DNA of 64,000 nucleotides. Source: Raillietiella orientalis. Lineage: Eukaryota. Position 1 is the first letter of the stretch. Each line of letters begins with the position of its first letter. Both the position numbers and the translations under genes were made by a program. Below the pieces are notes generated by a model. The model was not told the DNA's origin and did no database searches. It saw only the letters and a program-made list of their open reading frames with translations. Positions 37,273 to 50,400 of this stretch are shown one piece after another. The stretch covers positions 558,001-622,000 of the forward strand of contig JAYWIR010000026.1 in the NCBI GenBank assembly GCA_036172245.1, read 5' to 3'.

Positions 37273-39540
37273 AGCAGTGCCGACTGTTGCCACTTCATGG
37301 GGAGGGTGCGCGAGTCCATGAGCACCGGGGGCCACTCGAGATGTTCCTCTGGAACATCCAGTAGCTCTCCCCAGCGCAGGAGTCCATTTGGGGTGGTCCT
37401 CGGGGTCGCAGCGTTGGTGAGCTGACCCGTTCTCCAATCCCCGATCTTCTTTGCCCTGCTGGCGATCTTCACAGTTACCTCCCATTGTGCCGCGACGTCG
37501 CTGCCCAGATGTTCCCGTAGGGTAGGCAGTACCGCAGCAAGGGAGGTTCTTTGTGCCCACGCTCTCCTTCGGGGATTCTCGATGATTTCTCGGAGCGTGC
37601 GGTGGACATGCGACCCGAACAGAGCTATTCGCTCGTGTTGCGGGCTCTGCTCCTGAATCATCGCCCACGTGAGGACGGTTTCCTGCAACCAGGCAGGACC
37701 GTTCGCGGGGCGTACGAGGATCCGCGCCGAGTTGTTCTTCACGAGCTTGGCCGCCCTCCGAAGTTGAAGTCCGCAGTGGCAGATGGGGCTTCGGAGTGCA
37801 ACGTAGGACGAGAGTCCCGGATTGCCGGTGGCCCGCTCGACTAGGAAACGTGCAGGGAGGCACCAAGGGGTGCACCAATTTTCTGCCATAAAGGCGACAA
37901 CTCGGAACTGGAGCTGTAGCTCCAGCCGCTCCAACGTCAGGAGGCCCAGACCACCATCCCGACGAGGAGCGCACAAGTCCGAAAGACGGACTCGGGGCCT
38001 CCCTCTGCCCCAAAGGGCGATCCTCAGGAGGTCCTTCGTCCTCTTCTTTGACTCCGCTGAGGGGGGGCAAACAAAAAGCAAGGGGCGAAGGAGGGGTGCC
38101 GCAGACGCGTCCCACGCCGCGGCCCGTTCCTGCAGGTAGAACCTGCCGTCCTGGAACGGGCCGATCGCCGCCTGAGCCTTCTGAAGGCAGCCGGACCACG
38201 CTTCCGCAGGGGAGTAGTCCCCCAACGGCACACCAAGGTACTTGAAGTACCTCATTGTGGGGATCCACAAACGGACCCAGTCCTGCTGCCCGACCCACGC
38301 CGCTCCGACTGGCATTACGGACGACTTCGCCCTGTTCACAATAAGTCCGGTTCCCCGATGCAGCAGGTCGAAGAACTCCTCGACCGCCGAAGCCGGGGTG
38401 GACATAGGGAGCAGGAGCAGAAGATCGTCCGCGTATGCCGAAACCGCAGGCGTACCGGGACAATCGCGCGGCAGGTGCGCCAGAGTCTCCCTGTACGCTC
38501 TCAGCACCAATTCGAAAAAGGCGCTAAAGAGCAGGGGGCTCAGGCTGTCTCCCTGCCGTATGCCGCGTCGCACCGGTACTCGGTGTACGATTTGCCCGCT
38601 GAAAAGAACATTAATGAGCGCGTCGCGCCAGCTGGAGCGCAGGTAGGCCAACAAAGAGGCCGGGAAACCCAAGCGTTCCAGAAGCTCCAGCAAGAGATTC
38701 TCGTCGACGCGGTCGAATGCTTTACGCAAGTCGACAGCGACCGCAAGGGCTCCCTTCCCCACCCGACCGTTCCGTCTCCCGCCAACGGACGCACCGGAAT
38801 TCCGGCTGCTCAATAAGCCCCTTCCTTGTTGGAGCTCTAACCATGTGGAAGCGTGGAACAGGTTCGCCTCCATGCTCCGCCCGGGAACAGTATAAGTCTG
38901 TTCCGGGCTGATGAAGATGTTGGCAAGCCGTCCCAGACGCTCTGCCCACATCTTGGCGATCAACTTAGCGTCCGCATTCACTATTGTGATGGGACGCCAG
39001 TTGTTCATGCTCCTTAGGTCTCCTCCCTTCGGGAGGAGCCGCACCTTTGCTGAACGAAACCAGCTGGGAACGTCACCTGTCTCGCGAATCAGCAAGGTGA
39101 GCAGATGTACCAGGGGGGTGATCTCTGCCGCGAAAATTTGGTAAAACTTCGCAGGCAGGCCGTCCTCCCCTGGAGCCTTCCGCCTCTTGAGCTTTCCGAT
39201 GGCCAAGAGGATCTCGTCCATCGTGAAAGGCTCGTCGAGGCTTCTTTTCTCCTCCTCCCCGATCGCTGGAGCACCTTCCGGAAGCAGAAGTCGTGAGACG
39301 TCTCGCTCCAAGGGCGCCCTGGCGTACAGGGAGGAGTGAAATTTCTTCACAATGCCGCGCTTCGGAGTAGGAGCCGAGTGCTCCCGGCCCTGGTCGTCCA
39401 GCAAGCTAGCCGACCCGGATTGCCAGGCTTGCCTCTCGGCTCCCTCTCGATACTCTGCTAACCTGCGCATGTCGGGGGTTCTCGCGTAACGTCGGGCCTG
39501 AAGATAGCACCTTTCGTTACGTGGCCCCTCCCCAAATCCC
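37273..39540 (-). pseudogene. F ORF2, central piece (open RT region)
   Basis: GFGEG to KWQQSALL, including YADD. Confidence 0.9.
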
Positions 39541-39544
39541 TTGG

Positions 39545-39565
39545 CGAGCGGACGTGTTTTTCCTG
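39545..39565 (+). promoter_or_regulatory. Conserved 5'-terminal motif CG..GACGTG-T-tract (candidate internal promoter); representative copy
   Basis: GACGTG at 15757, 17139, 19300, 31786, 39551, 45930, 63743 (+) and 59414 (-); GACGCG at 28561 (-). Confidence 0.6.
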
Positions 39566-39636
39566 AGCTCCCGAGCGCGTCGACAGGAAGCGGTTTTTTC
39601 TTTGTGTGTGTTCGTGTGGAACATCGTTGGTGTCCG

Positions 39637-41391
39637 ATGGCAGCGATGCCTGAGGACACCACGATGGTGGTAGGTGTGGGGGAGGCTTGCCCACCCCCAC
39701 AGCCTGCAGAATCAGGGGCGTCCGCCCCGGAATCATGCATGGCAACGCCGAGGACGTGGAGCGCCATGGTTTCCGCGCCGAGCGCGGAAACCTTGGCAGA
39801 GCAAGCGGCCTACAGGGCCTCCGGATATGAACCATCTCTGGTTTATAAGGTAGGACCCCTCTTTGATGGTCCTACCGCCCGGGCTTTTAGTAGGGCACTG
39901 AAGGATTTCCCTGTACGCGAGGAGGATCTTGACGGCCTCTCCGTACTCAGCGGGGGGCAGCGCGTGGAGGTCGTCTGCAAAGACGTAGCCTTAGCACAGC
40001 GCCTCATTAACACCCCGCTGAATGTGGATGGCCGGAAGATCCTGCCGGTTAGCATGGACCACTCCGTAGTGGTCCATCTAACCGGCATTACGAACCGCAT
40101 GACGCGATCTGTGGTGAGTAATGCACTAAGTAAGTACGGTGAGATACACGCGTTGTGGCCAAAGCCTACCATTTTCGAAGGCTTTAATAGCCATTTCGGT
40201 GGCCAGGCCGCAGCGCGTGTAACAGTTAATGAGGGCAGTGGCTTGCCCCACAAACTGGAGGTCGCAAAGGAATCCGTCGACCTCTGGTACGTGGGGAAAC
40301 CCCGCTATTGTGGCTACTGCGATGCAGTAGGGCACTTGCGCAAGCGGTGCCCGAATATCGAGTGCCACTTGTGCGGGGTTAAGGGACACGTTCATCGTGT
40401 GTGCCCCAAACGCCCCACCCCGGTGCCACCTGCTGCCAAAAAGGCGCAGGCTAAAAAAGGAAAAAAGGTCGAAAGCCCTTATCGCGATACTGGCCGGCCC
40501 CAGCCGCCATCTCCTGTTCCTCCCACCCAGGCGTCGGAGGAAAAACCCGCTGAAGACGCGGGAGAGGAAGAAGGATGGAAGCTGGTAAAGGCCAGAAAAG
40601 AAAAAAAAGTTCCCCCCGTGGAACCCGCGAGAGCGAAGAGAGAAAAGAGCGGGAAACCGTATAAACCCGGTCCGCGCTCGAAAACTCTTCGCGAGTGCAC
40701 GGTGGCACTCGAACGGATTGCCGTCCCCGAGGCTGCCACCCGGGGCGACGAGCCTCCCCTCGCCGTTTCCGCCGCGCCCGAGGTTCGCGACGACGAACCC
40801 CCTGTTTGCACAGAGGGTGAACCGCGCGAAGCGCGCGCCGAAAGCGAGGACGCCGCGTTCGCGCAGGCGGCGGAGGAGCTCGCGGCCACGCTGGCCGAGC
40901 GTGAGAACTCCTCACGCAAGGCCGTGCGAAGGCCGGCTCCGCCGAAGAAGGCCCCCGCAGGTGAGTGCGACCTGGGGGCCGTAAGTGCATCCTCCTCGTC
41001 GGAGGCACCCCCCCGGAAGACGGGACGCAAGTCCCAAAAGCCGAGGAGGCGCCTCCCCTCCACGAGCGAGGAGGAGAAGCAGGAAGCCGACGGCAGCGTG
41101 GGAATCCCGGAGGGGGAAATCCCACGCGCGGAAGTCGTCGAGCAGGCCACCCCCATGGAGGAGGGTGAGCAGGGGGGCGAAGTCCTCCATGCCGGCGCGG
41201 ACCCTGTACAGCCCACCCGTATGGAGGAGGGCCAACAGGTAGGCGCGACCCCACCGGAGGATGACCCGCCCGACGCGCCGTTACCCATGGAGGAGGGGGA
41301 CCAGGTGCACGCAGCGCCTGACCCTCCTCCTCCACCTAGCGTACCGCCCCAACAGGTGGCGGACGCCGCAGATCCGATTTCCCAGGAATAA
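39637..41391 (+). CDS. I ORF1, open (about 584 aa)
   Basis: CGYCDAVGHLRKRC, CHLCGVKGHVHRVC; repeated PMEEG motifs in the tail. Confidence 0.87.
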   Translation: MAAMPEDTTMVVGVGEACPPPQPAESGASAPESCMATPRTWSAMVSAPSAETLAEQAAYRASGYEPSLVYKVGPLFDGPTARAFSRALKDFPVREEDLDGLSVLSGGQRVEVVCKDVALAQRLINTPLNVDGRKILPVSMDHSVVVHLTGITNRMTRSVVSNALSKYGEIHALWPKPTIFEGFNSHFGGQAAARVTVNEGSGLPHKLEVAKESVDLWYVGKPRYCGYCDAVGHLRKRCPNIECHLCGVKGHVHRVCPKRPTPVPPAAKKAQAKKGKKVESPYRDTGRPQPPSPVPPTQASEEKPAEDAGEEEGWKLVKARKEKKVPPVEPARAKREKSGKPYKPGPRSKTLRECTVALERIAVPEAATRGDEPPLAVSAAPEVRDDEPPVCTEGEPREARAESEDAAFAQAAEELAATLAERENSSRKAVRRPAPPKKAPAGECDLGAVSASSSSEAPPRKTGRKSQKPRRRLPSTSEEEKQEADGSVGIPEGEIPRAEVVEQATPMEEGEQGGEVLHAGADPVQPTRMEEGQQVGATPPEDDPPDAPLPMEEGDQVHAAPDPPPPPSVPPQQVADAADPISQE

Positions 41392-44300
41392 CACCTGAGC
41401 TCGCCTGTCGCCGTCGAATCCGCGTGGCCAGTTGGAACGTCAACGGGCTGAGCGACGACGGCAACAGACGAGATACGGCCGACACCCTGCGTGAGTTCGA
41501 CCTGGCGCTGCTGCAGGAGATCCACGTGATCACCTCGGCAGACGTCCAGGAGATCGAGACGATCGCGGGGGGTCGACTGTATTGGCGATGCGGCGCCCGA
41601 AACACCTGTGGGGTCGCGTTTTTCGTGAAGCCGGCCATCGACGCTGCCGTGAAGGGCGTACCCTTCGATGACGACGGTCGGGTCGGTCAGCTGATTCTCA
41701 GCTGGTCCGACTTGATCGAATTGATCGTCACGAACGTGTACGCCTCAAGCGGGAAAGGGGGATACAGCGACCGTACCAGGTTGCTGGAAACCCTGAAGCG
41801 CGACTGGCTGGCCGATACGAACGTGCGGAAGGCACACCTGATAGCTGGGGACTTTAATCTCCGTCTGCTGTCAGGTGAGCCCGAAGAACAAGAACGCACG
41901 GCCAACGAGTTGTGCGCTGCCATGCGCACGCGCAACTTGTTGGCGGACGCGGAGGGAATGGACCGCAGCATCGACCACTTCTTCCTGGATGTCGACCTGT
42001 GCTCGCGGGTCGGCAAACTGGGAAAAGTTGCGTCGACGCTGTCAGACCATTCCAGGTTAATCGCCGAGGTATGCCCGCGCGATAAAGGACCCCCGGCCAG
42101 GGCGTGGCGGTTGCCTGGGGATTGGACGCGGCTCTCAGGTGCGAAGGAACACCTTCGCGAATTCCTGAGAGGCGTCACCCTCCGCAGTCTCAAAGATTGG
42201 GACCTCTTCAAGGCCCCGGTCCGCGAGTTCTGCGAGGAGTTCCCCCTGCACCGCCTGCTCCCCGGATTTGGGGAGGGGGCTCGGAACTATAGGGCCTATT
42301 TACAGGCCCGCCGGTACGAGAGGACCCCCAATGTCCGTCGCCTGGCCGAATATCGAGCCGGGCCCGAGCGCCAAGCCTGGCAATCCGGGTCGGCCAGCTT
42401 GCTGGACGACCAGGGCCGGGAGCGATCGGCCCCACCCGCGATCAGGCACCTCGTGCGGCAGTATTATTCCTCCCTCTACGCTAGGGCACCCCCAGAGCGG
42501 GACGCCTCGCGGCTCCTGCTTCCGGACGGAGGCCAGGCAATAGGGGAGGAGGAGAGGATCAGCCTCGACGAGCCTTTTTCTACCGGTGAAATTCTCGCCG
42601 GTATTAAAAGGCTTAAGAGGCGTAAGGCGCCAGGAGAGGACGGCCTGCCTGCGGAATTTTTTCAATGCTTCGCGACAGAGCTGGCCCCCCTGGTGCTCCA
42701 GTTGACCGGGCTGATCCGAAACGAAGGCGACGTTCCCGCCTCGTTTCGGTCAGCCCGTGTGAGGCTCCTCCCGAAGGGAGGAGACCTGAGATCCCTAGGC
42801 AACTGGCGTCCGATCACAATTGTGAATACGGACGCCAAGCTGGTCGCTGGACTGTGAGCTTCGCGTCTAGGACAGGTGGCAGACTCCATAATTAGCCCGG
42901 AGCAGACATACGCTGTTCCCGGGCGAAGTATGGATGCCAACCTGTTCTTCGCGAGTACATGGTTCCATGTGCAGCGCTGCCTGAATGAAACTGGCGGAAA
43001 GATTGGCAACCCCACTTTGGGGCCGCCAGCTGGGCTGGGAATGGACACCCGGGCTGGGGAGGGGGCCCTAGCGATCGCGGTCGATCTCCATAAGGCGTTC
43101 GACTGCGTTGACCAGGAGCCACTGTTGGAGCTCCTGGGTCGCATGGGCTTCCTACCCTCCCTTCTCTCCTTCCTGCGCTCCTGCTGGCGCAACGCCATCC
43201 TTAACATCTGCTTTTCCAGCCAACAGGTGTACGGCGTGCCGGTGCGGCGATGCATATGGCAGGGCAACAGCCTACTTTGAGTTGGTGCTGAGAGCGTACA
43301 GGGTGACTTTGGCTGCCCTGCCCAGCTCTTGCCCCGGCACGCCCGCCGTAGCAGCATACGCCGACGACCTTCTGCTCATGTTGCCCATGTCCGCCCCGGC
43401 AGCCGCAGTCGAGGATTTCTTCGACCGGCTAAGTCGTGGGACTGGACTTCGGGTAAACAAGGCGAAGTCGTCGGTCGTACCGGTGGGTGCAACGTGGCTC
43501 GGACGGCCTGACTGGATCCGCTTGGGGATTCCCGCGACCAGGTACTTGAAGTACCTGAGTGTCCCGTTGGGGGACTTCTGCCTCGCAGAAGCCTGGTCAG
43601 GTCGTCTCCAAAAGGTAGAGTTGGCAATCGGCCCTTTCCTGGAAGGCAAGTTCCTTCTGCCGGAACGGGCCGCGGTGTGGAACGCGTTCGCGGCTCCCAT
43701 CCTCCGCCCCCTGCTTTTTGTTTGCCCCGTCCCCCGTGATATTAAAAAGAGGACCAAGGACCTACTCCGCATCGCCCTCTGGGGCAGCAGGAGGCCACTT
43801 GTGCCTCTAGATGACTTATGCGCTCCTCGTCGGGACGGCGGTCTCGGCCTCCTGACGCTGGAGCGCCTGGACATACAGCTGCGATGGCGCACCCTCGCCA
43901 TCGCAGCAAAGTCATGGAGCACCCCTTGGTGCGTTCCGGCCCGCATCCTCGCCAGCCGTGTGTCCAGGACGCAAGGACTCGCGTCGTACCTTCTGTGCTC
44001 TGGCAGGAAGGTCACAAGATGCGGCCTTCTCCATGGGCGCATGGAAGCCCTGGTGAGAGACAACGGCTGGACGGTATGCAGCCCCGCCAACTCCTCCGCC
44101 TGGCTGGAGGAATCCGTTCCGACGTGGGCCAAGCTGAACCTCCAGACTTCCCCGGACTGGAACCGCCTGCGATTCGGCCCCAACGCCTGCTGCGCACTGC
44201 GGACTACTCTGGAGTGTCCCGCCAGGAGCACGTGGGCGGAGACTACCCCCCTAGCTTCGACCCTGCCCTTCCTACGAAGGGCTTTAACCAGCGGCCGCAA

Positions 44301-44964
44301 GCCAAAGTGGCAAGTCTCCTGCCGAATCGCAGGCAAGGAAAAGAAGATGAGCGGTTGGACCATGGGAGAACTGGCAGATGCCACAACCCCGAGTGCCCTC
44401 CCGCGTAGACTTCGTAGATGGGGCGAGCTGCTCGGCATCCCGACGGATGACCTGAAGTGGCCCCCAATATTAATCGGATCCAGGCTTCTCCCCCTTAAGT
44501 GGCAAGAGTCGGCGCTGCAACTGTTGCACTGGGGTCTACCCTGCAACGCGCGCCGCTTCCACTGGACGCGGGGAAGTGTAAGGCCTGAGTGTGCCAGGTG
44601 TGGGGAGCGGGAATTGCTCCCCCACTTACTTGTTGACTGTGCTGCCCTCCGACCCCTCTGGGAACGGTTCGGGACGACCTTCGGTCTCCCAATGGGCAGC
44701 GCGCCCAGAGACGTTCTTCGGCTCCTCTTCGTGCGGGACGCCTTGCAGCCCGTCGCAGCCCTCGCAGCCCTCTGCTGCATCCGGGGCAACGTGGCGGCCT
44801 GGAGCGACATTCGCGACGAAGGAGTGGATGCCAACGCGAGGGATGTCATCCCGTATGCGGTCTGCTTCATGATGAGAGCTGCGAGATGGCCCCATCTGGG
44901 AAGCATGAAGATGGACCTGGAGGGCATCCTGCGAAGGATGGGCCCTCCTCCCAGTGGATTGTGA
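41391..44964 (+). pseudogene. I ORF2 (TGA at 42855; small deletion-frameshift near 43270)
   Basis: EN, RT and CARCGERELLPHLLVDC motifs; ACA in place of ATG. Confidence 0.9.
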
Positions 44965-45181
44965 TCCCTTCCCCTCCCTCCCAACTCTTTTTGTTTTTCT
45001 TTTCATATCTTTATTTTTCTTTTTGTTTTCATCCCTATCCCCCTCCACTGCCGAGGAGCGTCACGCCGGGCTGCATCCCGGCGTCCCGGCAGGTCCGGTG
45101 TTGTGTGGCCGTTAGTGGGGCCTCGTACCACGTTTATGCAGAGTTTTTTCAATAAACGCCCCGGGCGTACCCGGATGACAA

Positions 45182-45918
45182 CCCCAAATCCCGCAGGTAG
45201 GCGATGCAGGGGGAACTGGTCGCAGAACTCCTGGACCGACCGCTTGAAGCGGTCCCAGTCCTGAAGTGTCTGCATCCTGAAGCTCCGAATAAACGCGCGC
45301 AGGTGTTCCGACCCGTCGGGAAACTTCAGCCAGTCCCTTGGCAGACACCACGCTGACGAGGGGTGGCCCTTGTCGCGCGGACGCACTTCGAACATGATCC
45401 GACCATGGTCCGACAGCTCGGATGGTACCTCGCCGCGCCTGCCCACCCGAGAGCATAGGTGCTGATCAAGGTACACGTGTTCGATGCTCCGTTCCATGTC
45501 CGTATCTCCGGCCAGCAAGTTGCACGTGTGCATTTGCGCGTACAACTCGCTGACGCGGTCGTTCAGTGTATCCAGCGCACCTGAAAGCAGGCGCAGGTTG
45601 AAGTCACCTGCGATCAGGTGCGCTTTGCGAACTCCTGCATCAGTCAGCCAATCGCGTCTCAGGGCAAGGTAGAACTCCCTTCTTGCCTTCGCCCTCAACG
45701 CGGCGTTTCCGCTAGGAGCGTATAGGTTGGTGACGACCAGGTCGATAGAGTCGGACCAGCTGAGAGTCAGCTGACCGACGCGACCTGCGTCATCGAACCG
45801 AACGTCCTTTATTGCGGTCTCGATGGCTGGCCGAAGCAGGAAGGCGACACCGCTTGATTTCGAGGTGCCGCAACGCCACAACAGCCGCCCACCCGAGATC
45901 CGTTCCATCTCTTGCGCT
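45182..45918 (-). pseudogene. F ORF2, endonuclease piece
   Basis: ERISGG...GVAFLL, LYAP, GDFN, SDH...LHRLPAGFG. Confidence 0.88.
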
Positions 45919-47415
45919 CGTACAGTGCAGACGTGTTTCCGCGTCTATCCGCGCCAACGATAGGGCAACCTTGTGCCTGCGTTGTTGCTCGCACTTGTGT
46001 GTTCCTGTGCAATCTGCCAAGTAGCATAGTGCAACATGGCCAGTACACAGGATAGTGTGGAGGAGCAAGCCACTGGATGCACTTCAGCTGCACTTGAAGT
46101 GGCCGCATCCTCCGTAATGGTTTCTTCGCCCCCGATGCGGAGTTACGCCGCCGTTACCTCCCAAAGACCAGGACCCTGCGATGCGGAGTTCCAGGCATAT
46201 GTGTCATCAGGATACATGCCTGCACTCCGTTATAAGGTCAGTGGACCCCTCAACGGGAGAATCGGTCGTGATCTCAATGATGAGCTCGTCCGTATCGGCG
46301 TTCGCGAGGAGGAACTCCTTGCCATAATGCCTGCTGGCAGGATGGAATATACAAAGATTCGGTGCAAGAACGCAGCACTTGTGCAGCGCCTTCTCCGTAC
46401 GCCGTTAACCATCATTGGCAAGGAAGTCCTACCTACCGCGATGGACGACTCTTTTGTCGTTCAATATTGCGACATCGAACCGGAAATCTCCGACCGCGAT
46501 GTCGTAAGTGTGCTGGCGAAGTTCGCCACCGTGCACGCTCTGTGGAGGAGGCCAAATCCTCTTAAGGATTTCCCCTCTGTCCACATTGGACAAGCCTCCG
46601 CGCGGATCACCGTCGCGAACAGGCGTGTTGTTCCTGAGTAGCTGCAGGTGAACGGCACGGTCGTTCACCTGTGGTTCATAGGCCAGACTCGCGCGTGCGA
46701 GCAGTGCGGCAAGGAGGCGCACCGAATTAAAGAGTGCCCCTCTCCAAGATGCCGCTATTGCAAAGATTCCTGGCACGAAATCAAAAAGTGCCCGGTCCTT
46801 GCAAGAAAAAGAGCCGCAGCGGAAATTCGTCGGGTTCAAGAGACCACTGCACGAAAAGCAGCAGCGGCAAATAAAAAACGTCGTCCGCAAACACTCGAAA
46901 AAAACCACGAGCGATCGGCGGATAAAAAGAAAGCATCCCCGCCCGCAACGCCCCGAAAGGGAAAAGTCACGGCGGGGAAGCCAATTAAAAAGGGGCGCGA
47001 GGGTTTGACGCGTGCCGTGCCTTCCCTCTCTGCCGAACTCGCAGGCACCTTTCCGAGCCTGGTACCAGGAAATCTCCGTAACACCCTGGAGGGAAAGGTA
47101 GCAAAACAGGAAGATCGCAACAGTGCGAAGACTTCTTGCCCCGTTCCGTTGTCCCTTCCGAGTTCCGGACAGCCCCACTGCAGCGCAGGCCCCACTGCAA
47201 AGGCTACGAAAGCCGTAAAAAGCAGCGTCGCAACGAGCAAAAGCACGCTGCATGCAGTCGCCCCATTGCCGTCTCGGCAGGTTTCCCCAAGTCCCACAAG
47301 GGGTGGGGTAAGTTTATTTTTCTATAAAAATACAAAATTTACATTCGCACTCTCATTCACTCAATACAATTATTTTGCACTTGGGGGTCCTTGGGTTGCA
47401 CTAGAGTTCTGCTTT

Positions 47416-50400
47416 TCAGGGGGGAATTCCAGCTGGATGGTCCCGGGCGTCGTCCTGGATCCTCTTCAGGATGAATCGGTACGTCCAGCCGTGGATCTTC
47501 CCGCAGTTCCTGATGCCGATTTCCCTCTTCAAGAGCCCTTGTAGGATCTCCATCGGTGGTGCGGCTCTTCTGGCTTTCCTCATTTTCCATCACCGCACAA
47601 GTATGGCGGTGATGAAGAGGGCTATGGTCGTCCTCACCATGGGATTGTAACAGGGAACATTACCATCCCCATGAAACATCCCGGCGAGGATCTCCATAAC
47701 GGACTTGTTGGTAAGTCCTATGATCCTTTTCAGGATCAGCCAGTCATGCAGGAGTGTGGGACCCGTCAAGACGTGAAGTCTCGTGTCGTCGTCTCCACAT
47801 GCTGCGCAGTCTCGGTCTTCCCGTCTTCCTGTAAAGTGCTGCAATCGGGACCCACTCTGGATTCCTCCGTGATAAAACATCAGGAGGTCATCCTGGGTGC
47901 CCGGCGGAAGGTCACTCCTCCAGAGCGTCGTGCCGATCGCTAACAAATTGAACTGTTCACTCCCGTAGCGTTCGGTGGCTTCCTGGAGGGCACTGGTGTC
48001 ACGGTCGTTTTCTTGGATAAGCCTTTGGAGGTTTGTTCTGGTTACCCTCGACCATGCGAAGTCGTTGTGGTTGAACCACACTTCGCGGGTCCTGTGTGTA
48101 AACCTTCCTAACATCATCTCTGTATACCGAAGTATACGTGTTTGATGTAGGTAGCCTCCTCGCCTCCACTCCTGGATTTGCAGTAGGGTAACTCTGGACC
48201 GCTGGTAGATCCAGCTTCTCGTGTCCGGCGTGACAGGAAGCAACCAAGGGATCACCAGGATGGACTCGTCCTGCCAGAGTTCCCTGCTTCGCGGCACGAT
48301 CTTGATTTGGTGCTTCCGCACCAGCCGTTGCTTCCTCCTCCAGGTCGGGTCGATTGTTATCCATTCCCCTACTTTGCCTAGCAGCGCAGTCATCACGCCT
48401 TTCGAGTTGTTAAGCAACAACGCGTAGGCCCTGTGCGCCGCATACGGCCAGTCATCCCAGTGAGTGGAAATGTCCAGGATGTGTCGCGTATCCATGATTT
48501 CCATGGAATGTGCAAGCGACTTCATCCCGGAACCGCCTTCTTCCCTGGGACGACACAGGGGTTTCAGTCTTACTCTTGGACGATAGTGGCCCCAGAGTGT
48601 TTTTCTTTGCAGCTTGTCGAACTCCCTAGTAGTGTCCTTGTTCATCCTCGCGAAGGCCGCCCCGAAGAGCACTTTCGGAAGGAGTAATCCGTTCCATATG
48701 TTGGCCTTTCGCTTCATCCCAAGGTCCGTTCGGGTGTACTTGGCTGCTTCCTTGGCCGTTTTCCCCAGGATTTCTTTCCACAGCAGCTTCGACGCAGAGC
48801 CGTCGCCGATGTAGACTCCCAGGTACTTGGCCGTGTCCACCGTACGGAATCCACTACCCGTTAGAGTGGAGAGATCCAGGATTCCGACGGGCAAAAGCTG
48901 GCTCTTCTGGGAATTGATTTTTAAGCCCAAGCCCTGTTCCATCTGGTCCACCACATCCAGAAACGCACGCTGATTTTTCTCTCCCTTGATGAAGAAGAGT
49001 AGATCATCGGCGTATGCCAGATGAGTAAGACGCTGGCTATCGATGGTAATCCCGCTTAGTCGTCCGCTCTTCTCGATAAAGGACGACAACGCCTCCATAT
49101 AGATGACGAACAGCATCGGACTTAGCGAATCGCCCTACCGGACTCCCCGTTCCATCCGGATTGCTGCCGTCTCCTGGCCGTTGATCTTGATCCGGCAGTA
49201 CTGGTTCTGGAGTACCACCCTCACGAAGTTGCTGAAGTGTTCCGGAAGCCCTAGCTTCTCCAGAACCTTCAGCAGCATCCCATGGTCGATGGAGTCGAAG
49301 GCCTTCTCCATGTCAGTGAACACCAGCACCAGGTTCTCGCCGACGTATCGACTGAGTCCAACAGTGGCCTGGGCACACTTGACATTGTCCGACATGTGTC
49401 GTCCCGGGACTGCACATGTCTGGACCGGAGAGATCAGCCTCGACATGACCTTGCCTAAGCGGTTGGACCAGATCTTCGCCAACCACTTGGCATCGGAGTT
49501 TAGAATCGAGATTGGCCTCAATTGGGCGATCTGGGTAGAGTCGCCTCCTTTCGGCAGCAATCTCATCCGACTCTCGTAGAAGGACTGAGGTAGTCTGCCT
49601 TCTTCCCGGATGCAGAGGTTCAACTGGTGGAACAAGCGCAGGTAGGCGTGCAGGTACCGCTGATAGTGCGTGATGGGTACACTGTCAGGGCCCGCTGCCA
49701 CGTCCTTGCGAAGTTGCCCAAACGCAGTCTTCACCTCATCTCCGGAGAACTCCTCCTCCAGTCTGTTTTGCTGAAGATCGTCGGTCCTCTTCTCGAGATA
49801 GCTCAAGAAGGCCTGTTGACTAGAGCGACACAGCTGCTGTCGCCTGAAGTGTTTCGTGTAATGCCTGTGAAAGGCATCCACGATGTCCTCAGACGACTGT
49901 CGCTTTTGGCCGTCGTACTGGATGCAGAAGATATCTGTTGCCAGATTTCTATTCTCCAGCACGCCGACTTCCCCTTTTATGTTATTGAGGACGTACCGTC
50001 TCTCGTACTGATCGAAGTACTTTGAGAGGGAGCGATCTTGGATGTTCAGCTCCCGGTACGCCTCTTGCCTCAAGCGCCTATCCCCGAACTGCATGTTCGC
50101 AAACAGGTGTATCCTGTGTTTCAGGCTGTCCCAGTCGGCGACTCTTCGGATTGTTGTTGCCTTCAGAATCTTCTCCAGGACAGCCTGATGTCCGGGATGG
50201 GTTTCGAACCAGGCGGGCATGCTGATGAGCGCCGCCCTGGTGCCTTGCCTCCGCCGAGGATTCTCCGTTCTTAGGGAAAACCGCACCAGGGGGTGATCGG
50301 ACACCGTAGTCATAGTGTCGCGAAACCCCTGGATGCGGTTCCCAAGGTCGGTGCTGTGCAGGACGTGATCGATTGGCTTGTGGCTTGCTGTTCGCCAGAC

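Larger units (their letters stand above)
39545..45181 (+). mobile_element. Element I: full-length LINE (C subfamily) inserted antisense into F
   Basis: 11-bp TSD CCCCAAATCCC at 39530-39540 and 45182-45192; 5' CGAGCGGACGTG; AATAAA at 45151. Confidence 0.93.

Noticed and set aside
37236..39767. 843-aa ORF as a single gene (likewise 16738-18675, 31370-32407, 45003-45908, 12386-13066)
   Set aside because: Each runs across an insertion or deletion junction, so the termini are chance read-through.
43272..44984. Long antisense ORFs (570 aa here; also 20102-21268, 40479-41525, 57593-58837)
   Set aside because: Shadow frames of GC-rich LINE ORFs; no motifs and not consistently open across copies.
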